The notes under the pieces were generated by a model. It did no database searches, was not told the origin of the DNA, and saw only the letters and a list, made by a program, of their open reading frames with translations. A stretch of DNA of 64,000 nucleotides, taken from positions 27,210 to 91,209 of the forward strand of contig CAZIMB010000001.1 of NCBI GenBank assembly GCA_964540275.1, written 5' to 3'. Positions 48,976 to 58,014 of this stretch are shown here, one piece after another; the stretch's first letter is position 1; every line of letters begins with the position of its first letter. Source of the stretch: an uncultured Nitrospirota bacterium. GTDB taxonomy: Bacteria; Nitrospirota; Thermodesulfovibrionia; Thermodesulfovibrionales; Dissulfurispiraceae. Both the position numbers and the translations under genes were made by a program.

Positions 48976-49038
48976 TTAGCAAGAACCTTTGCACTTACAG
49001 GTAGTTGCTGCCTTCTTGGAGATCTTAATTATTTTCAT
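48976..49038 (-). CDS. Unannotated 20-aa Cys-rich peptide MKIIKISKKAATTCKCKGSC (candidate RiPP / cofactor precursor)
   Basis: Hand-translated, below the ORF-track size cutoff. ATG at 49038-49036, TAA at 48978-48976. SD GGAGGTG (49045-49051) lies 6 nt upstream. It sits 48 nt downstream of the radical SAM/SPASM gene stop on the same strand, and the terminator follows 26 nt later. Confidence 0.6.
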   Translation of the reverse strand: MKIIKISKKAATTCKCKGSC

Positions 49039-49086
49039 AAAAGACACCTCCCTTTCTTAGGGTATATTCTGTGCTTCATGCAACAG

Positions 49087-50238
49087 TTATAATTTAATTA
49101 TACCATACATATGGCATTTGTAAAGATCTTTTTTACCTTTATTACCGCTTTGTTCTGCCCTATACCTGCATCCCCCTCTGCAAAGATCTATAAACCTACA
49201 ATTAATTTTATTGCATTCCAGATCCTCCAGTTTGATAGGATTTATTTTCTTCCACGTCTTAATAAGACCCTCATCAATAGAACCAACAGGCATGTCAGAA
49301 TAAAAGGCGCATTTGGATATATTGCCATTTGCTAAAACTGATACAAGATTAAGTCCACATCCATATCCACCTTCACTACTATGTAGCCCTGTTCCAAAAC
49401 CAAAATTCAAATATTTTCCACCTATCTCTGGAGAGACCATCAAAGATTGATCTTTTTTAAGATTGCCCACTTCACATGGCACATCTACTGTCCACTCCTT
49501 AATCCCTAATTTCTTAAATAAATTCTCCATCGCCTCAAACTCATCAAGATTTCCCCTGTGAACCATTGTGGCAATAGAAACAGTAATCCCAAAATCAATA
49601 GATTTAATTAATTTTTCCATGACTATTTTATATGTACCCTTGCCTCTTAAGATCTCATGACCCTTTTCCATGCCGTCAATACTAAACTGTATCTCATCAA
49701 CATTAAGCCTTTTTATAAGATCATCTTTTAGTAATAGACCATTTGTAAATAGGATCTTTCTGAAGCTGTATCCTGAGAGCATCTCATTTATCTCATTAAA
49801 ACCACTATGCATACATGGCTCACCTCCTGTTATAAGAAGGCGAAGCCCCTGCATGTATTCAAACTCATCTAATATATTTTTTATTTTATTTAGATCCAAC
49901 TCTTGATTTTTTGGTTGGCCTATATAACAATGGCTACACCTTAAATTGCATTTATCAGTAATCTGGAGTTCTAAATATCTTAAAGATGGCTCAGGTGATT
50001 TAACAAGAGGAGGTCTTTTTATATCAACCCTTTCTTTTGTTAAAATCCCTTCAGATAGGCAATATTCAATAAAACTATGATCTGCTGTTTTTCCATTACA
50101 TCCATCAGATGAGGCACACCTTTTTAAGAAATCAAAGGCAGGATCATCTAATTCATAGAGATTATCTTCTTTTATATTATAAACACATGGTTTTTCTAAC
50201 CACTTTAGGGCACATTTGTCAGAAAGATAATATCTCAT
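49087..50238 (-). CDS. Radical SAM / SPASM-domain peptide-modifying enzyme with an N-terminal extension of about 85 aa (candidate RRE)
   Basis: Radical SAM CNLRCSHC. C-terminal SPASM-type Cys pattern C-x15-C ... CNKINCRFIDLCRGGC ... C (7 Cys, two auxiliary clusters). The N-terminal LKWLEKPCVYNIKEDNLYELDDPAFDFLKRC region precedes the core. Confidence 0.85.
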   Translation of the reverse strand: MRYYLSDKCALKWLEKPCVYNIKEDNLYELDDPAFDFLKRCASSDGCNGKTADHSFIEYCLSEGILTKERVDIKRPPLVKSPEPSLRYLELQITDKCNLRCSHCYIGQPKNQELDLNKIKNILDEFEYMQGLRLLITGGEPCMHSGFNEINEMLSGYSFRKILFTNGLLLKDDLIKRLNVDEIQFSIDGMEKGHEILRGKGTYKIVMEKLIKSIDFGITVSIATMVHRGNLDEFEAMENLFKKLGIKEWTVDVPCEVGNLKKDQSLMVSPEIGGKYLNFGFGTGLHSSEGGYGCGLNLVSVLANGNISKCAFYSDMPVGSIDEGLIKTWKKINPIKLEDLECNKINCRFIDLCRGGCRYRAEQSGNKGKKDLYKCHMYGIIKL

Positions 50239-51257
50239 CTTTTATAATATAAAATATCTTTGCTAACATTCCACACATTACCTGTACCAGTTAGAAGCAT
50301 AGCCTGTGATAATTCACCCTTTAACTTTTTAAGAACAAATTCTACCCCTTCCTTGCCACCACCAATTGATGCAATTGCCAGAGGTCTTCCTATAAGTACA
50401 GCATCAGCACCCAAAGCTAACATTTTTAAAACATCTGGACCGCTTCTTATGCCTCCATCTGCAAAGATTGTTATTTTCCCCTTAACTTTTTCAGCTATTT
50501 GAGGAAGCACATCAGCAGAACCAGGCATATGATCAAGTATCCTCCCGCCATGGTTAGATACTACTATTGCCTTAGCACCTGTATTTACAGCTAATTCTGC
50601 CTCATCAGGTGTCATGATTCCTTTAATTATAAAAGGCAAATTTGTTGATTGCACTAATTCTACTAATTCTTCAAAACTCTTTGTGCTTACAGGCTGGCCC
50701 TTTAAAGCCATAGTAATTAAGCCTGCTCCATCAATATCTATTCCTACTGCTAATGCACCTGCATCCTCAGCAATCCGAATACGTTTTATAATCTCTTCCT
50801 GTGACCGTGGTTTAATAATAGCAATCCCCCTACCATTATGTTTTGATATTGCCCTAATACCACTGCCATACATCTCTGGATCTGCTCCGTCTCCAGTCAT
50901 AGCAATTGTGCCTGCCCTAATTGAACCAGCTACAATCTCATAAATAAATTCCTCTTCCGTTATTCTCCCACCCATATTATAAGTAGTACCTGTCATAGGT
51001 GCTACTAGTATAGGCATAGTAAGTTTTATACCCCACAAGTCAAAGGATGTATCTGGTTCCTTTTTATTATGAATAGTACGCATATTTAATTTGTAAGAAG
51101 CTAATGCCTCTATATTTGCAATAAATGAAGAACCGGTTCCAATCCCACCCATTCCAGGAACCTTACCAGCACATGCCCTACCATTACATATAGGACATAC
51201 AATACAGAAATCTGCAAGCTTTTCTTTAGCGTTTTTTCTTATAGTTTCTATATCCAT
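50235..51257 (-). CDS. FMN-dependent alpha-hydroxy-acid oxidase/dehydrogenase family protein (LldD-like TIM barrel) with an N-terminal 4-Cys motif
   Basis: CIVCPICNGRAC near the N-terminus. TIM-barrel FMN-site pattern ...PILVAPMTG..., IIKGI, VVSNHGGR, ADGGIRSGPDVLKMLALGADAVLIGRP. The stop overlaps the rSAM start (ATGA at 50235-50238). SD GGGGGA upstream. Confidence 0.85.
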   Translation of the reverse strand: MDIETIRKNAKEKLADFCIVCPICNGRACAGKVPGMGGIGTGSSFIANIEALASYKLNMRTIHNKKEPDTSFDLWGIKLTMPILVAPMTGTTYNMGGRITEEEFIYEIVAGSIRAGTIAMTGDGADPEMYGSGIRAISKHNGRGIAIIKPRSQEEIIKRIRIAEDAGALAVGIDIDGAGLITMALKGQPVSTKSFEELVELVQSTNLPFIIKGIMTPDEAELAVNTGAKAIVVSNHGGRILDHMPGSADVLPQIAEKVKGKITIFADGGIRSGPDVLKMLALGADAVLIGRPLAIASIGGGKEGVEFVLKKLKGELSQAMLLTGTGNVWNVSKDILYYKR

Positions 51258-51608
51258 CTCTTATCCCCCGCTACAGATTTTTTTTAATTTTAACCTAAAA
51301 ATCAATTTTCTTTCAGCTTAGACACAAAAATATAAAATTTTTGCTTCTTTTCAATAATAAATTATGCTCCATTTTTTCAGCTCCATGACAACGTATATTT
51401 TTAAAGTAAAACTTTAAAAAATAGTTGTCCATTAATTTTTTTTTTTAAAAGCTGCAGAACCTTCTTTATATTTAACAGGACACTCTTGAGGAAAGAAGAC
51501 CTCAATTAGAAGGTATTATGACAACATAACTTCCATCCTTCCTTTCATCCCGACTTTTTTATCATAATTTGTATATCTATTCATAAATTTGATAAACTTT
51601 TTGTTAAC

Positions 51609-53084
51609 ATGTTTTTAATTAATTCATTAGAAAGAAAACTTTACCAACTTATAATCTGCCGACTTGAAGGAGATAAAATTAATGATAATGCATATTGTGA
51701 TAGGATATTTAGGCTATTAGAAAAGGGAATTGGCGGATTTATAATATTTGGTGGCATTAAAGATCATATCAAGCCATTTATTGATAAACTCCAATCTTCT
51801 TCAAAAACCCCTCTTTTTATAGCTTCCGATATAGAACGTGGCGTAGGACAACAGATTAAAGGGGCTACAGATTTCCCTTGTGCAATGGCTATTGCCTCAG
51901 CCATTGATAGAAATAACCCTTCTGATATATCCATTCTTGAGGAAATGATCAGGGCTATTTCCCTTGAGGCAATAGATATAGGTATTAATATGCCTCTCAT
52001 ACCGGTCTTAGATATAAACACAAATCCTGATAATCCAATAATATGCACTAGGGCATTTTCAGATGACCCCCTAACAGTCTCTTTCTTTGGATCTAAATAC
52101 ATAGAAATTATGGAAGATTTAGGGCTAATAACCTGTGCTAAACACTTTCCTGGACATGGTGGCACATCTGTAGATTCCCACATTTCATTGCCTGTCATTA
52201 ATAAATCAAAAAAAGATTTAATGGAAATGGAGATGGTGCCATATATTAATGCAATAAAAACTGGCATCAGCAGCATAATGGTAGGTCATTTAAGCATCCC
52301 CGCCTTAGACAAAAGGCCTGCAACGGTCTCAAAAAAGATAATCACTGGGCTTTTAAAAAGGGAGTTAGAATTTAAAGGTTTAATACTCACTGATGCCTTA
52401 AATATGGATGCCATTAGGGATTACGAAAACTTATATTCAGAGTGCCTAAAAGCTGGAGCTCACATACTTTTACACCCGGAAGATCCTGATACAACAGTCA
52501 AAGAGCTGAATAAAGCACTTGAATTAGGGATGATTAATGAGACAATTATCGATGAAACAATTGAGAAAATCCTAAAAATAAAGGTTAGAATAGGAGATAT
52601 AAAAATTCATAAATGCGATTATTCAAAAAATTATGCACTATCTTCAGAAATATCAAAAATGTCTATTACCGCTGTTAAAAAAGGGGATGCCCTTTTGCCT
52701 ATTTCAGATTTTAATAATGTAAGGTTAGTTTTTGCGGGTGACACTAATTTATATCAATCGTCGTTATTAAATGAATACTTTAAGTCTAATAATTTAAGTC
52801 CTTCATCTAAAACAGTTTTTATAGCAATATTTACCAAAATCTCAGCGAGGGAGAAGGCATTTACAATAAGTGAGGAGGAAATAGAAAAAATACAAAAATT
52901 GATTAAAAATTCAGGCTATTCTATTGTAGTATCTTTTGGAAATCCCTATATTTTAAAGTTTTTTAAAGAGTCTGATATTCTTATTTCAGCCTATGACTCA
53001 TCAGAAGTGGCACAGATGGCTGTAATAGGGTGCTTAAAAGGAGAGATTCCTTTCAAGGGAAAATCCCCCATAAAGATCCCATAA
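51609..53084 (+). CDS. nagZ: Glycoside hydrolase family 3 beta-N-acetylhexosaminidase (NagZ-like, with extra C-terminal domain)
   Basis: GH3 motifs DIERGVGQQ, NMPLIPVLDIN, KHFPGHGGTSVDSH, ILTDALNM. 491 aa versus about 340 aa for minimal NagZ. Confidence 0.8.
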   Translation: MFLINSLERKLYQLIICRLEGDKINDNAYCDRIFRLLEKGIGGFIIFGGIKDHIKPFIDKLQSSSKTPLFIASDIERGVGQQIKGATDFPCAMAIASAIDRNNPSDISILEEMIRAISLEAIDIGINMPLIPVLDINTNPDNPIICTRAFSDDPLTVSFFGSKYIEIMEDLGLITCAKHFPGHGGTSVDSHISLPVINKSKKDLMEMEMVPYINAIKTGISSIMVGHLSIPALDKRPATVSKKIITGLLKRELEFKGLILTDALNMDAIRDYENLYSECLKAGAHILLHPEDPDTTVKELNKALELGMINETIIDETIEKILKIKVRIGDIKIHKCDYSKNYALSSEISKMSITAVKKGDALLPISDFNNVRLVFAGDTNLYQSSLLNEYFKSNNLSPSSKTVFIAIFTKISAREKAFTISEEEIEKIQKLIKNSGYSIVVSFGNPYILKFFKESDILISAYDSSEVAQMAVIGCLKGEIPFKGKSPIKIP

Positions 53085-54328
53085 TGAAAACCAATATCAA
53101 TCAATATCTTCAGGTCTTCAATAATAGGAGGATAACAGTAATAACTATACTTGGGTTCTCATCAGGACTGCCATTAGCCTTAACAGGAGGAACCTTGCAG
53201 GCATGGATGGCAACTACAGGTATTGATATACGAACAATTGGAATATTTGCACTCATTGGAATTCCCTATACACTAAAATTTTTGTGGTCACCTATAATGG
53301 ATAGGTTTGTTCCACCAGTGCTTGGAAGAAGAAGGGGATGGATAGTGCTTACCCAAATTGTTCTTATGATAGGCATATCTGCTATGGCTTTTGTTTCACC
53401 TCAGAATAACCCATACATATTAGGCATGTTAGCTCTAATTGTTGCATTCACCTCAGCTTCACAGGATATTGTAATTGATGCATATAGGACAGATGTTCTC
53501 AGAGAAAAAGAGAGGGGTCCAGGGGCTGCCGTATTCGTTATGGGCTATCGTATCGCAATGCTTGTGTCTGGTGCACTTGCCCTAATTCTTTCTGACCAAA
53601 TAGGATGGAAAAATACTTATCTTTTAATGGCCTCATTGATGATAATTGGAATCCTTACCACATTCTTTAGTCCTGAGCCTGAGGGGAACAAAACCCCGCC
53701 AATAAGCCTACAAGAAGCAATATGGGGTCCACTAAAAGATTATTTTTCAAGAAATGCTGCCATTTCACTATTGTTTTTGATTATTCTGTATAAACTCGGG
53801 GATGCCTATGCAGGCACATTGACTACAGCTTTTTTAATAAGGGGTGTAGGCTTTTCACCTACAGAGGTAGGAGCAATTAATAAGGGGCTTGGGCTTATCT
53901 CTTTAATTATAGGGGCAATATTCGGAGGAGCTTTAATGGTAAGATTAGGGTTATTTCGCTCACTCTTTGCATTTGGAATACTTCAGGCAGTATCAAACCT
54001 CACATTTGTATTTCTTGCATGGATTGGAAAAAATTATGAACTATTCATCTTTGCGGTTGCCTTTGAAAATCTTAGCGGAGGCATGGGAACAGCTGCTTTT
54101 GTATCCCTTCTTATGACAATATGCAACCAACGATATAGTGCTACACAATATGCCCTTTTGTCTTCCTTAGCATCCCTCGGAAGAATTTTTATAGCTCCTA
54201 CATCTGGGTTTCTCGTTGAATCAATAGGCTGGGCAAGCTTCTTCTTTATCACTATGCTTGTTGCAACACCAGGCTTATGGATACTGTGGTCAATGAAAGA
54301 TACAATATCCAACCTAAAAAGGAACTAA
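53084..54328 (+). CDS. ampG: AmpG-family muropeptide MFS transporter
   Basis: Trimmed to MKTNINQYLQ (TAATG overlap with nagZ). LGFSSGLPLALTGGTLQAWM, GRRRGW and about 12-14 TM segments are typical of AmpG. Confidence 0.85.
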   Translation: MKTNINQYLQVFNNRRITVITILGFSSGLPLALTGGTLQAWMATTGIDIRTIGIFALIGIPYTLKFLWSPIMDRFVPPVLGRRRGWIVLTQIVLMIGISAMAFVSPQNNPYILGMLALIVAFTSASQDIVIDAYRTDVLREKERGPGAAVFVMGYRIAMLVSGALALILSDQIGWKNTYLLMASLMIIGILTTFFSPEPEGNKTPPISLQEAIWGPLKDYFSRNAAISLLFLIILYKLGDAYAGTLTTAFLIRGVGFSPTEVGAINKGLGLISLIIGAIFGGALMVRLGLFRSLFAFGILQAVSNLTFVFLAWIGKNYELFIFAVAFENLSGGMGTAAFVSLLMTICNQRYSATQYALLSSLASLGRIFIAPTSGFLVESIGWASFFFITMLVATPGLWILWSMKDTISNLKRN

Positions 54329-54333
54329 AAGTT

Positions 54334-55056
54334 TTACCTTGGCCTTAGGATTATAATACCAGCCTTATTTTGTAAATAATCCTCAAGATCCTCATCTATA
54401 ACTGATCCCTTAACTGATGAGGCATGTCTTATATAGGTACTACCTCTTTTTTTTATGATAATGCCAACATGGGATACATCAAGTCCAATAGTTTCTGAAT
54501 AAATACCAATGTAATCCCCTGTTTTTAATTTTTCCTTTATTAAGGGGACAAATAAGGAAGGTATATATTTGATATTACGGTTTTTTGGATTGATTCCCTC
54601 TATAAAAAAATTCTTATCCTCCTTTAAATTCAATGTTTTTAATATATTTTTTGAATACTTGTCTCCAATGTTTTCTGTAACATCTTCAATGAAATCAGAA
54701 TTGTTCTCTATCCAGTCAGTAAAAAAATGATTTCTCCTTTCAAATTTGATTTCCCCATTTTTATATCTAACCCTCTTTAAGTTTTCTTTGAAATCATTAA
54801 AGGATATAGAAAGACTCATTGCCTCAACGTATTCGATAAAGGTAAAACAATCCATCTCTCTTAGATTTATAACAAAGACCTCTTGCTCATCTATGCCACC
54901 TATCAACGTTGATCTCTTATATGGAATACCCAAAAATTGATCTGAGATAAAGCCTATCCTGTTAGCCCTGTCAAGAATTTTAGATGATAAGGAGAGTATA
55001 AAAATTACCTTTTCCTCAGTGCATTTCTCAGTTATTATTATCTCTTTACTACTCAT
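54334..55056 (-). CDS. DUF1460-family protein (amidase-like Cys/His hydrolase; databases label the family N-acetylmuramoyl-L-alanine amidase-like)
   Basis: 240 aa. Candidate catalytic Cys in LREMDCFTFIEYVEAM and His in LDVSHVGIII. Embedded in the peptidoglycan-recycling cluster. Confidence 0.6.
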   Translation of the reverse strand: MSSKEIIITEKCTEEKVIFILSLSSKILDRANRIGFISDQFLGIPYKRSTLIGGIDEQEVFVINLREMDCFTFIEYVEAMSLSISFNDFKENLKRVRYKNGEIKFERRNHFFTDWIENNSDFIEDVTENIGDKYSKNILKTLNLKEDKNFFIEGINPKNRNIKYIPSLFVPLIKEKLKTGDYIGIYSETIGLDVSHVGIIIKKRGSTYIRHASSVKGSVIDEDLEDYLQNKAGIIILRPR

Positions 55057-55076
55057 AACTGATATAATATCAAATC

Positions 55077-55976
55077 ATGAATATAATAGATATACACACA
55101 CATGGCATTAAAGGATATGATACAAAAACCACGGATCTGAATCACATATTGAAAATAGCAGAAATACAGGGATCACAGGGTGTTACAAATATAGTTCTTA
55201 CAATTTATTCCGGCACAATAAAGGTAATGAGAGAAAATATGTTGTTAGTTAAAAAAGCCATGGAAATACAGAATACAGAATCAGATAGGAAATCTGCCCG
55301 TATCATTGGTGTTCACTTAGAAGGACCCTTTCTTAATCCATCCAAATGTGGTGCCTTAAACGCAATGACTTTTTTAGAGCCATCAGAATATAGTTTTAAA
55401 GAGCTCATAGAGGGGTTTGAAGATATTGTGAAAATAATAACAATTGCTCCTGAATTAAATGGAGCTATTGATTTGATAAAAATTATAACTAACTATGGCA
55501 TTATTGCAAGCATGGGGCATTCGGATGCCACTTATAAAGAGGCTGAAAGGGGTTTTAATGCAGGTGCTAAAGGAATTACTCACATTTTTAATGCTATGAG
55601 GGGTATTCACCATAGGGAGCCAGGTATTGCAGGCTTTGGTCTTTTAAATAAAGACATTTATATTGAGGTTATTGCTGATCCATTCCATCTCCATCCAGAG
55701 ATACTCGCTCTAATCTTCAGGATAAAGGATCATGAGAGAATTATACTAATATCAGATACTGTTAAAGAAACAAATATTTTTCTTAGAGGGTATAAAAATA
55801 AGTATGAAGAAAGCAGATTTGCTCAATCCTTTGGCGTAACAGATACCCATGGTAAACTTTTAGGAGGATGCATGACAATAGTTGAATCGTCAAAAAGGTT
55901 AATTGATGAAGGATATAGAGAAGAAATAGTAATGAAGACTATTTCTGAAAATCCAGAAAGATATTTATCAAGGTAA
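55077..55976 (+). CDS. nagA: N-acetylglucosamine-6-phosphate deacetylase-like amidohydrolase, core barrel only (299 aa)
   Basis: Starts directly at the metal motif IIDIHTHG. HLEGPFLNP, MGHSDATY, THIFNAM motifs as in NagA. It lacks the N-terminal beta-sandwich segment of about 55 aa found in canonical NagA of about 380 aa. Confidence 0.65.
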   Translation: MNIIDIHTHGIKGYDTKTTDLNHILKIAEIQGSQGVTNIVLTIYSGTIKVMRENMLLVKKAMEIQNTESDRKSARIIGVHLEGPFLNPSKCGALNAMTFLEPSEYSFKELIEGFEDIVKIITIAPELNGAIDLIKIITNYGIIASMGHSDATYKEAERGFNAGAKGITHIFNAMRGIHHREPGIAGFGLLNKDIYIEVIADPFHLHPEILALIFRIKDHERIILISDTVKETNIFLRGYKNKYEESRFAQSFGVTDTHGKLLGGCMTIVESSKRLIDEGYREEIVMKTISENPERYLSR

Positions 55977-57155
55977 TGTTATCTTACCTAATATTACGCC
56001 ATGTCTAGAACCAGTGATATGGGGGATATTTCCCTCTCTTAATCTTAAGGTCTGATAACCTAATATTGCAAAACTGAGAGCCTCCTTTGCCTCTATCGGA
56101 ATACCATAGTCTGAAATCTTACTTATTTGAATTTTTCTTTTTTTAAAAAGGTCCCCTATAATTTCTATAAGAAATCTATTTTTTACTCCTCCCCCCGTTA
56201 ATATTATCTCATCAATCCTAAATTGCCTTAACGAATTATAAATATTTATAGCTGTAAAGTAGGTAAAGGTCCTTATAATATCCGCTGAAGAGAGATTAGG
56301 ATACCTATTAAAGATGTCCCTTACCATATCAACCCCGAACATCTCTCTACCGGTAGATTTCGGATAGCCTAATTTTAAGTATGGATGGGAAAGGAGTTCC
56401 TTTAACAGGTGATCATTAATTTCCCCTGATCTTGCAATTGCCCCGTCTTTATCGTAGGACCTTTTATTATTAGTATAAATCTTTACCGCCTCATCTATTA
56501 GGGAATTTCCGGGACCTATATCAAAGGCAATTAACTCCTCTAACCTTTTTCTTAAAATAGTAACATTAGAGATACCTCCAATGTTTAAGATTGCCCTATG
56601 CCTCCCTTTTCTACCAAACAGTAGGTAATCTGCCAGAGGTACAAGGGGTGCACCGTGTCCACCTGCAGCCATATCACGGGTCCTAAAGTCAGATATTGTT
56701 AGAATTCCTGTTATTTCTGCTATTACTGACGGTTCACCTATCTGAAGTGTTGAACCTTTTTTATTATTATTTTTAGGTGGTATATGATAAATAGTCTGTC
56801 CATGTGAGGCAATGGCATCTACTTTATTTTTATCTATTCCTGTTTTTTTCAGTAATAATAAGGCTGCCTTTCCAAAAACCTCTCCTAACTTGAAGTTTAG
56901 CCTACATATGTGTCCTGTATCTCCTTTAAAGGCACACGATATCTCCTCTCTTAATCTTTTTGGGTACGGAATATGTTGATGACCTATAATCTGAACATGA
57001 ATTGTCTCCTCTTTAGACCTTGTTTTTTCTTTATCAGAATTAATCTTTACTAATGCGGTATCCACACCATCGTGGGAAGTGCCCGACATTATTCCTATTA
57101 TTAGGGCCTTTCTTTTGTTACCAAAGGTAATTGTCTTCCTATTTAGCAAGGGCAC
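55968..57155 (-). CDS. anmK: Anhydro-N-acetylmuramic acid kinase
   Basis: IGIMSGTSHDGVD, ...NIGGISN..., GGGVKN motifs; 395 aa. Confidence 0.88.
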   Translation of the reverse strand: MPLLNRKTITFGNKRKALIIGIMSGTSHDGVDTALVKINSDKEKTRSKEETIHVQIIGHQHIPYPKRLREEISCAFKGDTGHICRLNFKLGEVFGKAALLLLKKTGIDKNKVDAIASHGQTIYHIPPKNNNKKGSTLQIGEPSVIAEITGILTISDFRTRDMAAGGHGAPLVPLADYLLFGRKGRHRAILNIGGISNVTILRKRLEELIAFDIGPGNSLIDEAVKIYTNNKRSYDKDGAIARSGEINDHLLKELLSHPYLKLGYPKSTGREMFGVDMVRDIFNRYPNLSSADIIRTFTYFTAINIYNSLRQFRIDEIILTGGGVKNRFLIEIIGDLFKKRKIQISKISDYGIPIEAKEALSFAILGYQTLRLREGNIPHITGSRHGVILGKITLP

Positions 57156-58008
57156 TTCTTAAGGAACCCCCTGAATCTTTCAATATTCCTATTGCATCTT
57201 CATAATCTATCTTCTTCAAATACATCAATATAGCTGTTTTAGCATTACCCTTTGCTTTATAAAGATATTCTTCCGCCTCTTCGTCACTGCATCCAGTGAT
57301 ATCCTTTATAATTCTTAAAGCCCTTTGTGTAAGTTTTTTATTAGATGGAACAACATCAACCATATATCCTTTATATACCTTTCCAAGTTTTATCATAGTG
57401 GTAGTGGAGATCATATTGAGGACAATTTTTGTTGCTGTTGCAGCCTTAAGCCTTGTAGAGCCCGCTACTATTTCTGGCCCAACTATTATATTAATTATTC
57501 CATCAAGAAAATCATAATTTATATCATTACACGTAAGTAGCCAGCATTTTGCTCCCTTGATAATCTTTGCCTCCTTTAATGCGGAAATCACATAAGGGGT
57601 TTTTCCGCTTGCCGAAATTCCTAAAATCATATCCTTGGATTTAACATCTGAGACATCAGTTTTTCCAGCATCCTCATCATCCTCAGCGCCTTCTATTGCC
57701 TTTGTTAATGCCCTTTCACCTCCAGCTATGATAGCCTTAACTGTATCATCAGAGACATTAAAGGTTGGTGGCATCTCTGAGGCATCAAGTACCCCAAGCC
57801 TACCACTTGTTCCAGCCCCTATGTAAATAAGCCTGCCTCCTGATCTTATAGTACTTATAGCCACGTCAACCGCCTTGCTTATTGGATCAATAGCATTACT
57901 TACGGCATCTAATACCTTTCTGTCTTCCTGATTCATTATCTTTAAAATCTCTTTGATAGAAAGGGCATCAATATCCTTGGAAAATTCATTTAGACTCTCT
58001 GTAAGCAT
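57139..58008 (-). CDS. murQ: N-acetylmuramic acid 6-phosphate etherase
   Basis: SIS-domain pattern YIGAGTSGRLGVLDASEMPPTF, ISASGKTPY, GSTRLKAATA. Confidence 0.9.
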   Translation of the reverse strand: MLTESLNEFSKDIDALSIKEILKIMNQEDRKVLDAVSNAIDPISKAVDVAISTIRSGGRLIYIGAGTSGRLGVLDASEMPPTFNVSDDTVKAIIAGGERALTKAIEGAEDDEDAGKTDVSDVKSKDMILGISASGKTPYVISALKEAKIIKGAKCWLLTCNDINYDFLDGIINIIVGPEIVAGSTRLKAATATKIVLNMISTTTMIKLGKVYKGYMVDVVPSNKKLTQRALRIIKDITGCSDEEAEEYLYKAKGNAKTAILMYLKKIDYEDAIGILKDSGGSLRSALAK

Positions 58009-58014
58009 GACAAT

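Noticed and set aside
49039-49083. A 14-codon ORF (MKHRIYPKKGRCLL) between the rSAM stop and the 20-aa peptide gene, overlapping the peptide's Shine-Dalgarno.
   Set aside because: It has no ribosome-binding site and overlaps the SD and start of the better-supported ORF. It most likely occurs by chance.
51313-51432. A 39-aa minus-strand ORF (MDNYFLKFYFKNIRCHGAEKMEHNLLLKRSKNFIFLCLS) upstream of the FMN-oxidoreductase gene, considered as an alternative precursor peptide.
   Set aside because: It is preceded by a poly-A/T tract with no Shine-Dalgarno. Its composition matches random AT-rich translation, and there is no Cys/Gly-rich core. I mention it only so that a homology check can exclude it.
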